Shown here in pieces: positions 1 through 9,387 of a stretch of 64,000 bases of DNA. Position 1 is the stretch's first letter, and each line of letters begins with the position of its first letter. The notes below the pieces were generated by a model. The model searched no databases. It saw only the letters and a program-made list of their open reading frames with translations, and was not told the DNA's origin. Position numbers and translations under genes: made by a program. The DNA is from Patescibacteria group bacterium. GTDB taxonomy: Bacteria > Patescibacteriota > Minisyncoccia > JAHIHE01 > JAGLIN01. The stretch spans positions 1,309 through 65,308 of the forward strand of contig JBAXYM010000002.1 in the NCBI GenBank assembly GCA_041670805.1. Reading direction: 5' to 3'.

Positions 1-104
1 GCCACGATAATTTCATAATCAGTAAAACTCTGCCGCTTGATGCTTTCCAAAAGTTTAGGCAGATATTTTTCTTCGTTCTTGGTTGGGATAACTATTGACA
101 ACAT
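1..104 (-). CDS. Partial CDS: N-terminus of a family-2 (GT2) glycosyltransferase, continuing beyond the window start.
   Basis: Minus-strand translation from the ATG at 102-104 gives MLSIVIPTKNEEKYLPKLLESIKRQSFTDYEIIVA, a typical GT2 N-terminal pattern (hhIPTxNEE...EIIVVDD-like). Confidence 0.45.
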   Translation of the reverse strand, partial: MLSIVIPTKNEEKYLPKLLESIKRQSFTDYEIIV

Positions 105-142
105 ATGTTTGCATTTTCCAAATTAGTTTTAACAGTTATATT

Positions 143-1306
143 TTATTCTTCTTTTTTCTTCCGAATCAAATCCTTATATAGCGCAACTATTTTGTTCGCC
201 CAGGGAGCAATACAGAATTCCCGGGCGTTGATGCGCGCGCTTGCGGACATCTTGTTGCGAAGTTCGCCGTCCTCAATGAGCCTGACAGTATTGGCGGCAA
301 AATTATCCTCCGTGTTGTCCGTCAAGATCCCGTCTTGTCCGGACTTGATCATATCCTCAATCCCGCTGGCCTTTACCGCGACTACCGGCAGACCAGCCGC
401 CATCGCTTCCACCGCCACCAGCCCCTGCGTCTCCGTCAGCGAGGCGAAAACAAATATATCGCCGGCCTGATAATGCGCGATCATTCCTTCTTTGTCCAAC
501 AGCCCCGTAAAAATGACACAATCCTCCAACTGCAATTCCTTGACCAAAGCCTCGAGCTCGTCGCGAAAACTGCCCTCGCCGACAATCATCAGTTTCGCGT
601 CTTTCCGCGTCTTGCGGATGATTGCAAAAGCCCGCACCAGAAAATCGATGTTTTTTTCCGGCACCACCCTGCTGGCAGTAACAAGCAGCACCTCGTTTTC
701 TTTCACGCCGTATTTGCCGCGAAGCTCCGTCCGCCTGCCTGCGTCCTCGGCGAACTGATCGATATCAATGCCGCTCGGAATGACATAAACGGATTTTTTT
801 ATGCCGTCGTCAAAGAGTAACTGCTTGATGGCGCCGGAAGGAGCGATCACCGCATCGCACTTCCTGCAATTGCGATTGACTATGTAGCGAATGATTTTCT
901 GCGAAATCTTTTTGGGAATCAGCATTACGTAATGGTAATAATCCGTATACTTGATATGGTAAGTAAGCACGACCGGAATATTGAGCTTTCTGCCGAACTT
1001 GGTCGCCTCCCAGCCCAAAGAAAACGGCTGATGGCTATGAATGATATCAAGGCTCAAAGAGCGGACGACATCTTCCATTTTAGATAGCGGTGGCACTGGA
1101 ATGGCATAAAGAAAATCGTCATAGTTGAAACAAAACGATTTGTAGCGAAAAACATTTTTTTCTTTCTCCTCCCAATTGGGATAGCTGGGACAAAAGATGA
1201 AGACCTCATGCCCGGCTTCCTGAAGACCCTTGCTCAAGTTAATAACCGACGTTTCCATACCCCCTCTGGAAGGAGTATAGTAATTGATAAACATTCCGAT
1301 TCGCAT
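143..1306 (-). CDS. Glycosyltransferase, family 4 (GT-B fold, glycosyl transferase group 1).
   Basis: 387 aa ORF with a C-terminal E-x7-E-like GT4 motif (ASLTETQGLVAVEAMAAGLPVV) and an N-terminal GT4-type domain. Confidence 0.8.
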   Translation of the reverse strand: MRIGMFINYYTPSRGGMETSVINLSKGLQEAGHEVFIFCPSYPNWEEKEKNVFRYKSFCFNYDDFLYAIPVPPLSKMEDVVRSLSLDIIHSHQPFSLGWEATKFGRKLNIPVVLTYHIKYTDYYHYVMLIPKKISQKIIRYIVNRNCRKCDAVIAPSGAIKQLLFDDGIKKSVYVIPSGIDIDQFAEDAGRRTELRGKYGVKENEVLLVTASRVVPEKNIDFLVRAFAIIRKTRKDAKLMIVGEGSFRDELEALVKELQLEDCVIFTGLLDKEGMIAHYQAGDIFVFASLTETQGLVAVEAMAAGLPVVAVKASGIEDMIKSGQDGILTDNTEDNFAANTVRLIEDGELRNKMSASARINAREFCIAPWANKIVALYKDLIRKKKEE

Positions 1307-1325
1307 GGCCGTAAATGGTTACTGA

Positions 1326-1787
1326 TTATTTTATCTTGAAAATTCTTTTTGTCTCTTTTTCAAAGTGGCGCCAAAAATAATACCAAAGGGAAGAAAAATA
1401 AACAACATTTATGAAAAACAGCGAAATAAGTATAATGGCATCATAGCTGGCACGCACCCAATAATCGTTTTCCAATTTAAACCACATCCCGAATTCGTCG
1501 AAAGTAAGTCCCAGCCCGACACCGTAGAGAACGCCGATTTTCAGACGATTCTTCTCATTTTGAAAAACCAGCGCCAAAAATCCGGCGATGGCCATAATGC
1601 CGATTCCATAATTGAGATGATGGATGTGATAGCCTTTGATATACAAATAGGGATCTTCTATAATTCCAAAAGTCGCGGAAAGCACATAAAGCCTGGCGAT
1701 AATGAACGTAAAAAGAAAAGCGACCAGCACGACAAAACTGACTTTTTTCTTGTGTTTCTCAATAAGATTATCGTGGACTCTCCCCAT
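1326..1787 (-). CDS. Hypothetical integral membrane protein.
   Basis: 153 aa ORF with several hydrophobic segments and no recognisable motif. Confidence 0.45.
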   Translation of the reverse strand: MGRVHDNLIEKHKKKVSFVVLVAFLFTFIIARLYVLSATFGIIEDPYLYIKGYHIHHLNYGIGIMAIAGFLALVFQNEKNRLKIGVLYGVGLGLTFDEFGMWFKLENDYWVRASYDAIILISLFFINVVYFSSLWYYFWRHFEKETKRIFKIK

Positions 1788-1872
1788 TTTGCTTTTAAGA
1801 ATGAGATAAAATTAAAACAATACGCCACAAGTCCTTTGCCTGATGCAAGGACTTGTGGCAGACAGAAATAAA

Positions 1873-2244
1873 TTACTCCAGCGCTTCCATCCTAATCGCC
1901 TTCACTGGGCAGTCATTGGCGCAGATGCCGCAGCCCTTGCAGTAGTCAAGATCGATTTGATCAATGATGCTCTTTTTGCCGCCTTTTTCATCCGCGACTT
2001 CTTTGATTTTGATCGCCATCTCGGGACAATAGGCGGCGCAGCGCAAACACCCTACGCAATCGTTTTTTGAAAAGACCGGTTTTTGCGATTTCCAACCGCC
2101 GGTTTTCACTTCTTTGGAATTCCCCGCCTCGGTAATTTTGCCGCCGATTGAAATTTCTTTCGCTGTTTTAAGCTTCATATATGTAAAAGTTAATGTTTTA
2201 TCTAACCCCCGGCAAAAACAATCAGCGCCCTTCGACTTCTTCAT
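1873..2244 (-). CDS. porD: Pyruvate/2-oxoacid:ferredoxin oxidoreductase delta subunit (2x[4Fe-4S] ferredoxin-like).
   Basis: Two CxxCxxCxxxCP clusters (CVGCLRCAAYCP and CKGCGICANDCP). It overlaps porG by 23 nt in the typical porG-porD arrangement. Confidence 0.7.
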   Translation of the reverse strand: MKKSKGADCFCRGLDKTLTFTYMKLKTAKEISIGGKITEAGNSKEVKTGGWKSQKPVFSKNDCVGCLRCAAYCPEMAIKIKEVADEKGGKKSIIDQIDLDYCKGCGICANDCPVKAIRMEALE

Positions 2245-2797
2245 AACCTCTTTGCAAAGCTTCCAGATTTTTGTCTATCATTTCCCGGGTCATCTTGGCA
2301 CCGAATTTATTTTGCAGCTGATTCGCAACTTCTTTGTAGGGAATTTTTGAATAAAGCTTGGCGATAGCGCCGACTATTACCGTGTTGGGAAGATCTTTTC
2401 CCAAAAGCTCCTTGGCAATACCGCTGGCATCAAGAGTATATATTTTGCAATTTTTATTCGTGATATGGATGGCAATCTCTTTTTCGGATTTGGGCGTATT
2501 GACGAGCAAGATTCCGTCCTTCTCAATTCCGTCCGCAACGTCCACGCTCAATAAAAGAGAAGCGTCCATCACCACCGCCATATCCGGTCGCTCCACGTCG
2601 CCGTGCAACCGGATTTCTTGGTCGCTGAGCCTCACGAAAGTTTTCATCGGCGCGCCGGAACGCTCCGGACCGTATTCTGCAAAAGTCTGCGCAAACTTTC
2701 CATCCGCGATAAAAGCTTTGGCAATTACGATGCCCGCCGTCTTCGCGCCCTGCCCGCCCCGACTGTGAATCCGGATCTGATAAATATTTTCTATCAT
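2222..2797 (-). CDS. porG: Pyruvate/2-oxoacid:ferredoxin oxidoreductase gamma subunit.
   Basis: 191 aa with IHSRGGQGAKTAGIVIAKAF..EYGPERSGAP, the signature of the POR gamma family. Confidence 0.8.
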   Translation of the reverse strand: MIENIYQIRIHSRGGQGAKTAGIVIAKAFIADGKFAQTFAEYGPERSGAPMKTFVRLSDQEIRLHGDVERPDMAVVMDASLLLSVDVADGIEKDGILLVNTPKSEKEIAIHITNKNCKIYTLDASGIAKELLGKDLPNTVIVGAIAKLYSKIPYKEVANQLQNKFGAKMTREMIDKNLEALQRGYEEVEGR

Positions 2798-2862
2798 AAT
2801 TTTTATGTTATAAAATTATTTTTCTTTCTTGGAATTTATATGCCGAAATAATATCCAAAAAA

Positions 2863-4938
2863 TCACACAATAATTCTCACGTCCACCGCCTTGCATCCTT
2901 CGCCTTCCTTTTGCACTATCAGCGGATTTATATCCATCTCTTTGATTTCCGGGTGATGCACGACCAGGCTCGAAAGCCCCACCAAAGCATCAGCGAGCGC
3001 CTCAATGTCCATCTTGGGAAATTCCCGATACCCCGTGAGCGTCTTGAACGATTTTGTTTCCCGTATCATCTCCAGTGCCTCGTCCCGGTCAATGGGAGCG
3101 AAACGAAAAGCCACGTCTTTGACGACTTCCGTATAAACTCCGCCCAGACCGAACATCAGCATATGCCCGAAATTTCCCTCTTTTGTGACACCCAAAATTA
3201 TTTCCCGCCCGGCGACCATCGGCTGCAAAATCATTCCGTCAAGCTCATCTCCAAGCTTGCTTTTAATTCTATCAAAATATTCACAAACCTCCAAATCATT
3301 TTTGATATCAATCTTCACGCCTTCAACCTCCGTTTTGTGGCTGATTTTTTTGGAAAAAATTTTCATCGCCACCGGATAGCCTATCTCTTTCGCAATTCGC
3401 ACTGCCTCATCGCCGCTGTACGCGACTTTCGACTTTGCAACAGAAATGCCGTGATCCTGCAAAAGCTGAAGAGCTTCTATGAAATCAGGATTCTGCTTGA
3501 GCACGGCAGATTCATGTTCCTCCTGATTTGCCACCGCGCTCATCCGGCAGGAAGCCAAATATTCTCTCGCTTCCTCTTTGTTCTTTTCACATTCCCATAT
3601 TTTTCCCAAGGCATTGATTGCGGAAGAAAGATGGTTATAGGTCGCAAGCGAACTTTTCTTGAGCTTCGGAATCGTTTCCTGCATCAGCTCTCCACCGATA
3701 AAGCTCACCGTGATCGGCTTGTCCGTTCGCTTGGCGGCATCAATCAAAACCTTGGCGGTCTTCTCTATTTCAGTGCCTCTTTGCGGCGTAAGAATAAACA
3801 CGATGCCGTCGACATTTTTGTCTTCCAGCAAAACATCCAGCGCGATTTTAAACCTGTCTTCTTTGGCGTCCCCCATCACGTCCACCGGATTGTGAATGTT
3901 AGCTTCCGCCGGCAGATTCGCCTTTAGAATATCCGTTGTTTTTTTGGACAGCGACGCCAGCCGAAGTCCACACTCTTCAATCTCGTCCGTCGCAAGCACC
4001 CCCGGTCCGCCGGCGTTGGTGATAATCGCAATGCGATTGTTTTTCAGTCCCGGGTAACGCGAGAGAAAATTCGCCGCGCCGAAAAGCTCCTGCATATTTT
4101 TGACCCGCGTCGCTCCCGTCTGCGCAAACGCCACTTTCACCGCCGCGTCCGCACCGGCAAGCGCGCCCGTGTGAGACTGCATCGCTTTTTGCGAGGACTT
4201 GGAAACGCCAGGCTTGATGATGACCAGCGGCTTGACTTTCGCCAATTCCGCCGCCGCTTTCATAAATTTTTCGCCGTCCTTGATGCTCTCGAGATATGCC
4301 AGCACCGCCGTGGTTTCATCGTCATCTTTGAAATATTCCAGCAGTTCCGTTTCCGACACGACAGCCTTGTTGCCGATACTAACAAACCGCGAAAATCCCA
4401 CGCCGCTAGCATTGGCCCAGTCCAACATCGCCGAGCAGATAGCACCCGATTGAGAGATAAACCCCAAGCTTCCTTTGCGCGTCATACCGTTGGCAAAAGA
4501 TACGTTGAGCTTGTTGATAGAGTCCGCCAGTCCCAGACAGTTCGGACCGATAATTTCGATATCAAATTCCCGGGCAATCGCCTGCATCTCCGCCTCCAAC
4601 TTGGCGCCTTCCTTGCCGGTCTCTTTAAATCCCGCCGAGATGACAATGACATTGCCGATGCCTTTTTCTCCGCACTCTCGCAAAGCGGCGTTTACAAAAG
4701 GCGCCGGAATGACAATGACCGCCAAATCGACTTTCTCTTTTATTTCCAAAACCGACGGATAAGCCCTAAAGCCCAAGATTTTTTTGGCTTTCAAATTAAC
4801 GGGATAGATATTCCCTTTGTATTTTCCCTCAACAAGATTTTTCAAAATTCCGTAGCCGATTTTGCTTTTGTCCGCTGACGCGCCGATAATCGCCACCGAC
4901 TTCGGAGAAAAAAATTTTTCAAGTTTGGTTTGTGACAT
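2863..4938 (-). CDS. Acetyl-CoA synthetase (ADP-forming), fused alpha/beta (acetate--CoA ligase, NDP-forming).
   Basis: 691 aa with an N-terminal CoA-binding domain (VAIIGASADKSKIGY), succinyl-CoA-synthetase-like flavodoxin and ligase domains, and a C-terminal ATP-grasp region. Confidence 0.85.
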   Translation of the reverse strand: MSQTKLEKFFSPKSVAIIGASADKSKIGYGILKNLVEGKYKGNIYPVNLKAKKILGFRAYPSVLEIKEKVDLAVIVIPAPFVNAALRECGEKGIGNVIVISAGFKETGKEGAKLEAEMQAIAREFDIEIIGPNCLGLADSINKLNVSFANGMTRKGSLGFISQSGAICSAMLDWANASGVGFSRFVSIGNKAVVSETELLEYFKDDDETTAVLAYLESIKDGEKFMKAAAELAKVKPLVIIKPGVSKSSQKAMQSHTGALAGADAAVKVAFAQTGATRVKNMQELFGAANFLSRYPGLKNNRIAIITNAGGPGVLATDEIEECGLRLASLSKKTTDILKANLPAEANIHNPVDVMGDAKEDRFKIALDVLLEDKNVDGIVFILTPQRGTEIEKTAKVLIDAAKRTDKPITVSFIGGELMQETIPKLKKSSLATYNHLSSAINALGKIWECEKNKEEAREYLASCRMSAVANQEEHESAVLKQNPDFIEALQLLQDHGISVAKSKVAYSGDEAVRIAKEIGYPVAMKIFSKKISHKTEVEGVKIDIKNDLEVCEYFDRIKSKLGDELDGMILQPMVAGREIILGVTKEGNFGHMLMFGLGGVYTEVVKDVAFRFAPIDRDEALEMIRETKSFKTLTGYREFPKMDIEALADALVGLSSLVVHHPEIKEMDINPLIVQKEGEGCKAVDVRIIV

Positions 4939-5053
4939 ATATTATTTCATTAAATAAAAATCTAAAATGTTTTGGTCTCTAAGTGACGGATGCCTCTGAT
5001 ATACAAAACTTTTTCTCCTGAGAAAAACCGGCATTTTGTCATCCTCATAAGAA

Positions 5054-5251
5054 CCCTGACCCGTTTGCACTTTGAAATCGCTTATTTCAGCCAAATCAAA
5101 AGATAAAATCAATCTTTATTTGTCATTCCAGAATTTCGGTACTCCGAAATATCCGGAATCCCGTAGCTATGCAAAACAAGCATTGTATTTCATTTTTACC
5201 GGCTTGGTAACGGGATCCCGGATATTTGCTGCGCAAATTCCGGGATGACAA
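5054..5251. mobile_element. Family-B MITE-like element (A-less copy, right end truncated).
   Basis: Left TIR CCTGACCCGTTTGCACTTTGAA, then two internal hairpins: TCCGGAATTTCGGTACTCCGAAATATCCGGA and TCCCGGATATTTGCTGCGCAAATTCCGGGA. Confidence 0.7.
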
Positions 5252-5290
5252 GTTAGTGGATTTGATAAAATATTCTCATCTTAATAATCT

Positions 5291-6316
5291 TCACCCCTCC
5301 AGACTTACTTTTTTCACTTCAACCATTTCCAGTTTCTCCTCAATCTCCTCCCGCGACATGACCCCTCTTTCGGCGCCGTATTCCGTAACCTCGCCGCCGC
5401 CGTTGATAACACCGAATTTAAGCGCCGTTTCAAAATTTTCCGTAAGCATATATCCCGCAACCAAACCGGAACCGAAAGCGTCTCCCGCGCCGGTGGTATC
5501 CGTCTGCCGCATCGCGTAGGCGCCCGACTTGAAAATTTCTTCGCCCGCAAAAAAGCAAGCGCCTTTTTTGCCGTCAGTGATGACAACATTAGCCGCGCCC
5601 CAAGACTTGATCGTTTTTATCAATTTAACAATGTCATTGAAATCTTCGCCCGCCAATCCGGAAGAAGCGTCGCTCTTCGCAAGTTCAATCGCTTCGTCTT
5701 TATTGATAATCAAAAGATATGTGAATTTCATAAACTCAAGAAGTTTTTCCTTGCCGGATGAGATTTCCGTTTCGCCCGGATTCCATGCCAGCCTGATACC
5801 GCGGCTCTTCACAACCTCCCCTATCTTACGGAGATTATTTTCAAAATTGTCGCCCAAGGAAGTCAGGTAAATCCATTTGACGCCTTCAATTTCCTCCGGG
5901 TGAATTTCCAAACTGTTAGCCGCACCTTTGTGCGTAAAAATCACCCGCTCCTCCTCCCGGTCGACGGCGTTCAAAACGATAAAAGAAAAAGCGGAGCTCC
6001 GCGCTTCGTCAAGCTGCATCAAGTCGGTGGAAATACCGCGCTTTTGCAAATTTTCCAAAATCGATTTGCCGTTGCCGTCGTTGCCAACCCGTGAAATCAC
6101 CGCCGCGTTCAGCCCCAGCTTGGCAAAAGTCGCCGCTGCATTGCAAGCGCCGCCGCCGAAATTCATCCGCACTTCTTCGCTGCGAATTTTTGCGCCATAC
6201 TCGAAAGCCAGCAACCGCTGAGAAATCAAGTCCTCCGGCGTTTCAATCACTTTCCCCCGATCGGTCAAAAATGTTATGTCGCGAGTCGCCCCGCCAATCG
6301 TAATGATATCAAGCAT
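5291..6316 (-). CDS. PfkB-family carbohydrate kinase (ribokinase-like).
   Basis: DTTGAGDAFGSGLVAGY motif and IITIGGATRD N-terminus. The ORF track extends to 6439, but the conserved N-terminus begins at MLDIITIGG (start at 6316), which avoids overlap with the upstream gene. Confidence 0.75.
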   Translation of the reverse strand: MLDIITIGGATRDITFLTDRGKVIETPEDLISQRLLAFEYGAKIRSEEVRMNFGGGACNAAATFAKLGLNAAVISRVGNDGNGKSILENLQKRGISTDLMQLDEARSSAFSFIVLNAVDREEERVIFTHKGAANSLEIHPEEIEGVKWIYLTSLGDNFENNLRKIGEVVKSRGIRLAWNPGETEISSGKEKLLEFMKFTYLLIINKDEAIELAKSDASSGLAGEDFNDIVKLIKTIKSWGAANVVITDGKKGACFFAGEEIFKSGAYAMRQTDTTGAGDAFGSGLVAGYMLTENFETALKFGVINGGGEVTEYGAERGVMSREEIEEKLEMVEVKKVSLEG

Positions 6317-6413
6317 ATAGCTTCCGATTAATATTCTTGAATATATTATAGCAATTAAAAACGTTTTAATCCAATTATTATGAAAAATCAAAAAGCACCC
6401 GAAAAAATCGCCC

Positions 6414-7052
6414 TCAGCACATTGTATACCATTGTCCATCCAGAGGATCGGTGTACCCTATAAAAGCCAAGATGCTGTTGACTATCACCCATGCGGCAAG
6501 AACATAACCAAAGCCCATAAGCGCCGAACCCAGCACCGATTTGATTTTGACCATTACATCGGTCTCTCCGACGGCCGTCATGGCAATCAGCTGTCCAAGT
6601 ATGATTGCCAGCACCGTAACCACGCCGACTATTTTTATCAGATAATTCAGCACGAGCTGAAGCGTCAGAGGGATAGCGCAGAAATCGCACGCCTTGCATT
6701 CGTCCCACGACGTGTCCGGATCATTAAAATATTTTCCGCAAGGAATAAGCCCGCCCGAACCCGATATGTCGCTGCATTCTGTCGTTGCGGTAGCAGGAGC
6801 GTCGCCGGACTCGGGATAAAGCGGCGCAGGCTCGGATTCCGCAGGAACAACGGCGGCGGGAGTATCGCTATCCGTAGAGGATGCCGGGGTCTGGGCGGGA
6901 GTGTTGCTGTCCGTCGCAAAGGCGGTCGGAGTCGGACTAAATAAAAAAGAGTGCATTTCGTCGGAACGGATATTCGAAGCCGCGCCGTTTTGCAGACTTA
7001 AAAAACCGCACACGAGCACAAGCGCCAAAACCAACATTTTTTTCATATACAC
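6414..7052 (-). CDS. Secreted/membrane protein, possibly a TrbC/VirB2-like conjugative pilin.
   Basis: Signal peptide (MKKMLVLALVLVCGFLSLQ), Thr/Pro/Ser-rich low-complexity linker, Cys-rich stretch (CGKYFNDPDTSWDECKACDFC), then two long hydrophobic helices. This architecture resembles T4SS pilin subunits. Confidence 0.4.
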   Translation of the reverse strand: MYMKKMLVLALVLVCGFLSLQNGAASNIRSDEMHSFLFSPTPTAFATDSNTPAQTPASSTDSDTPAAVVPAESEPAPLYPESGDAPATATTECSDISGSGGLIPCGKYFNDPDTSWDECKACDFCAIPLTLQLVLNYLIKIVGVVTVLAIILGQLIAMTAVGETDVMVKIKSVLGSALMGFGYVLAAWVIVNSILAFIGYTDPLDGQWYTMC

Positions 7053-7160
7053 AACTTAACGTATAAATATTTGAAGCTTTTCCATATTTTAACGATAGGC
7101 GGTTCAGGCACAGACACTATTTCTCCCGAAATAAACTCCGGATTTTGCCATCCTCAATGT

Positions 7161-7238
7161 GGATCACATCAGAAATGATGTGAACAACGCAGGACAAAAC
7201 GTTTTCGCGCAGCATTCACACCATTTCTGGTGTGATCC
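7161..7238. repeat. Family-A palindromic element, copy 1.
   Basis: GGATCACATCAGAAATGATGTGAA...TTCACACCATTTCTGGTGTGATCC, a near-perfect 24-nt inverted-repeat pair around a ~30-nt AACGTT-centred core. Confidence 0.9.
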
Positions 7239-7388
7239 AAATACAAAATTGGTATTTGTTACAAAAACATGTTAATTGTACATAGGGAATCCTTACAGGA
7301 CAAAAGGAATAAATCAGTGCGGGAATTATAAAAAAATTATTTTATATAATCCAAACGCGTAAATCCCGATACGATAGATCCGCCCAAT

Positions 7389-8948
7389 CTATTTCTCTAT
7401 CAAACTTCCCAAGACCATCGCCTTGGGCTTCGGAACGTTCAACACGTCCAGGAGCGTTGGAGCGACATTTCCCAAGACTCCGTTTTTATTAAGCCTGCAA
7501 TTTTTCTTCGTCAGACCCTTTTTCACAATGATAAAAGGCACCGGATTTTTGCTGTGCATTGTGGAAATATTTCCCGTCTCGGGATCCAGCATCTCGTCCG
7601 CATTGCCGTGATCGGCGGTAATAATCGCCGCGCCGCCGCTTGCCAAAACTTCGCTCACTACTTTTTCCAAACACTTGTCCAGAAATTCCACCGCGCAGAT
7701 GGTGGCTTTCAAGTTCCCCGTGTGCCCCACCATATCGGCATTGGCATAATTGACCAATATAAAATCATATATGCTGTGTTCAATATTGGAGACGATAACA
7801 TCCGTAATGTCTCCCGCGGACATTTCCGGTTTTTGGTCGTAAGTAAATACGTTTTTGGAGATAATTCTCTCGCGATTCTCCGAAGCGATCGGCTCGCTGT
7901 GCCCGCCATTGATGAAATAAGTTACGTGCGGATATTTTTCCGCTTCGGCGATATAGAGCTGTTTGAATTTTTGCAATACTTTAGGCAAAGTATCCTCCAC
8001 CGCCTGCGAGGCGTAAGCTATCTGCACCGGCAAATCCTGCCCGAAATCAGTCAACGTACACATAAAAACATTGTGCAGAATATGCTTGCGATTCTCGTAG
8101 TCTCGCATCTCCGGCGCGATCAGCATCTTGGTCATCTGACGCGCGCGATCCCCGCGTAAATTAAAAAATATCACCGCATCGTTGTCCTTGATCGTAGCGA
8201 CCGGTCTTCCTTCTTTGTCTACGATAGTGGTCGGAATTATAAACTCGTCAGTGAGTCCGTGGTTGTATGCGTCCTTTATCACCTGCTCGGCGGAATTTCC
8301 TCTGGCGCCTTCGCCCAAAACCATGGCGTCATAAGCGCGCTGCAGTCTGTCCCAATGTTTGACTCGATCCATCGCATAATATCTCCCGCCGATGCTCGCA
8401 ACTTTTCCAACTCCGATTTCTTTGATTTTGTCATTAAGTGCCCGCAAAAACACCAAAGAACTCTTCTCAAAAGCATCGCGACCGTCGGTGAAAAGATGAA
8501 GATAAATTTCCTTGACCCCGCTGTCTTTCGCCATCCGCATCAGAGCAAAGAGATGTTCGGGATCGCTGTGGGGACTGTCCGAATCCGACAAAAGCCCCAT
8601 CATATGCAAATCGGTCTTTTGCGTGAGTGCATGATTGATAGTCCGGCGAATACGCGGATTTTCGAAAAATTTTCCCGACTGGATATCCTCGTTTATGATT
8701 TGCGAATCTTGTTTGATAATTCTGCCCGCTCCGATATTGACATGCCCGGCCTCGCTCCCACTCCGTTCGTTCTCGCTCAATCCGACCGCCAACCCGGTGG
8801 CGTTGAGCTGTGTGTAAGGATATTTGGCGACCAGACTGTCGAAAAAGGGCTTCTTGGCAAGCTCAATTGCATTGCCTTCCGATTTGGGAGCCACCCCCCA
8901 GCCGTCCAGGATAATCAGCATATTTGTAGGTTTTTTCAATTCGGTCAT
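7389..8948 (-). CDS. gpmI: 2,3-bisphosphoglycerate-independent phosphoglycerate mutase (iPGM), copy 1.
   Basis: 519 aa with LIILDGWG at the N-terminus, the catalytic-Ser motif SGSEAGHVNIGAGR, and a C-terminal metal-binding domain (ADHGN). Confidence 0.9.
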   Translation of the reverse strand: MTELKKPTNMLIILDGWGVAPKSEGNAIELAKKPFFDSLVAKYPYTQLNATGLAVGLSENERSGSEAGHVNIGAGRIIKQDSQIINEDIQSGKFFENPRIRRTINHALTQKTDLHMMGLLSDSDSPHSDPEHLFALMRMAKDSGVKEIYLHLFTDGRDAFEKSSLVFLRALNDKIKEIGVGKVASIGGRYYAMDRVKHWDRLQRAYDAMVLGEGARGNSAEQVIKDAYNHGLTDEFIIPTTIVDKEGRPVATIKDNDAVIFFNLRGDRARQMTKMLIAPEMRDYENRKHILHNVFMCTLTDFGQDLPVQIAYASQAVEDTLPKVLQKFKQLYIAEAEKYPHVTYFINGGHSEPIASENRERIISKNVFTYDQKPEMSAGDITDVIVSNIEHSIYDFILVNYANADMVGHTGNLKATICAVEFLDKCLEKVVSEVLASGGAAIITADHGNADEMLDPETGNISTMHSKNPVPFIIVKKGLTKKNCRLNKNGVLGNVAPTLLDVLNVPKPKAMVLGSLIEK

Positions 8949-9080
8949 AATTTTTTATTTTTATCTTAATCAAATTTTTATCTTATATTGATGCATTATA
9001 CTAAATCACTTTCAAATTTTGTACAATATGGAAATCTGCACTAAGCTCTACAGGGATTGTCTTCGAAGAATTTTGCATTC

Positions 9081-9159
9081 GGATCACACCGGAAATGGTG
9101 TGAAATGCTGCACGAGAACGTTTTGTCCTGCGTTGTTCACACCATTTCTGGTGTGATCC
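9081..9159. repeat. Family-A palindromic element, copy 2 (core inverted relative to copy 1).
   Basis: Same arms, flanked by the outer stem TTTTGCATTC|...|G.AAAT. Confidence 0.9.
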
Positions 9160-9183
9160 GTAAATTCAGAATACATTATTTTT

Positions 9184-9321
9184 TGTCATCTCGAAGGAGT
9201 ACTCGACTGAGAGATCTGGGAAATGCACGAAGCTGTGCCGATGTTATTTTCACAGTAAGATTATATTTGCATAGTATTGTTCCCGGATTTCTCAATCGGA
9301 GTACCTCATTTCGAAATGACA
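9184..9321. mobile_element. Family-C MITE (about 140 bp, imperfect ~40-bp TIRs).
   Basis: TGTCATCTCGAAGGAGTACTCGACTGAGAGATCTGGGAA ... TTCCCGGATTTCTCAATCGGAGTACCTCATTTCGAAATGACA. Confidence 0.8.
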
Positions 9322-9351
9322 GATATTGATTGTTTCTTTTAACAGGAGTGC

Positions 9352-9385
9352 CTTCTCGCAACGACAGGCTAAACGCGTAAGTCCT
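9352..9385. repeat. Short repeat CTTCTCGCAACGACAGGCTAAACGCGTAAGTCC adjacent to a family-C MITE. An inverted copy lies at the window end.
   Basis: Matches the reverse complement of 63961-64000 (CTTCTCGCAACGACAATCTAAACGCGTAAGTCCCAGAATC). Confidence 0.6.
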
Positions 9386-9387
9386 AA

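Noticed and set aside
5291-6439. The ORF-track start of the PfkB kinase at 6439, overlapping the upstream secreted-protein gene by 26 nt.
   Set aside because: The first 41 residues (MDNGIQCAEGDFFGCFLIFHNNW...) are not kinase-like. The conserved ribokinase N-terminus begins at MLDIITIGGATRD (start at 6316), which also removes the overlap. I therefore trimmed the call to 5291-6316.
7161-7238. Possibility that family A encodes a self-cleaving ribozyme (e.g. hammerhead), as seen in some repeat-borne ribozymes.
   Set aside because: No CUGANGA...GAAA hammerhead core or other recognisable ribozyme core is present. The CTGATG seen in a few copies is a point variant of the CTGGTG arm, not a conserved feature. 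This remains testable with covariance models.
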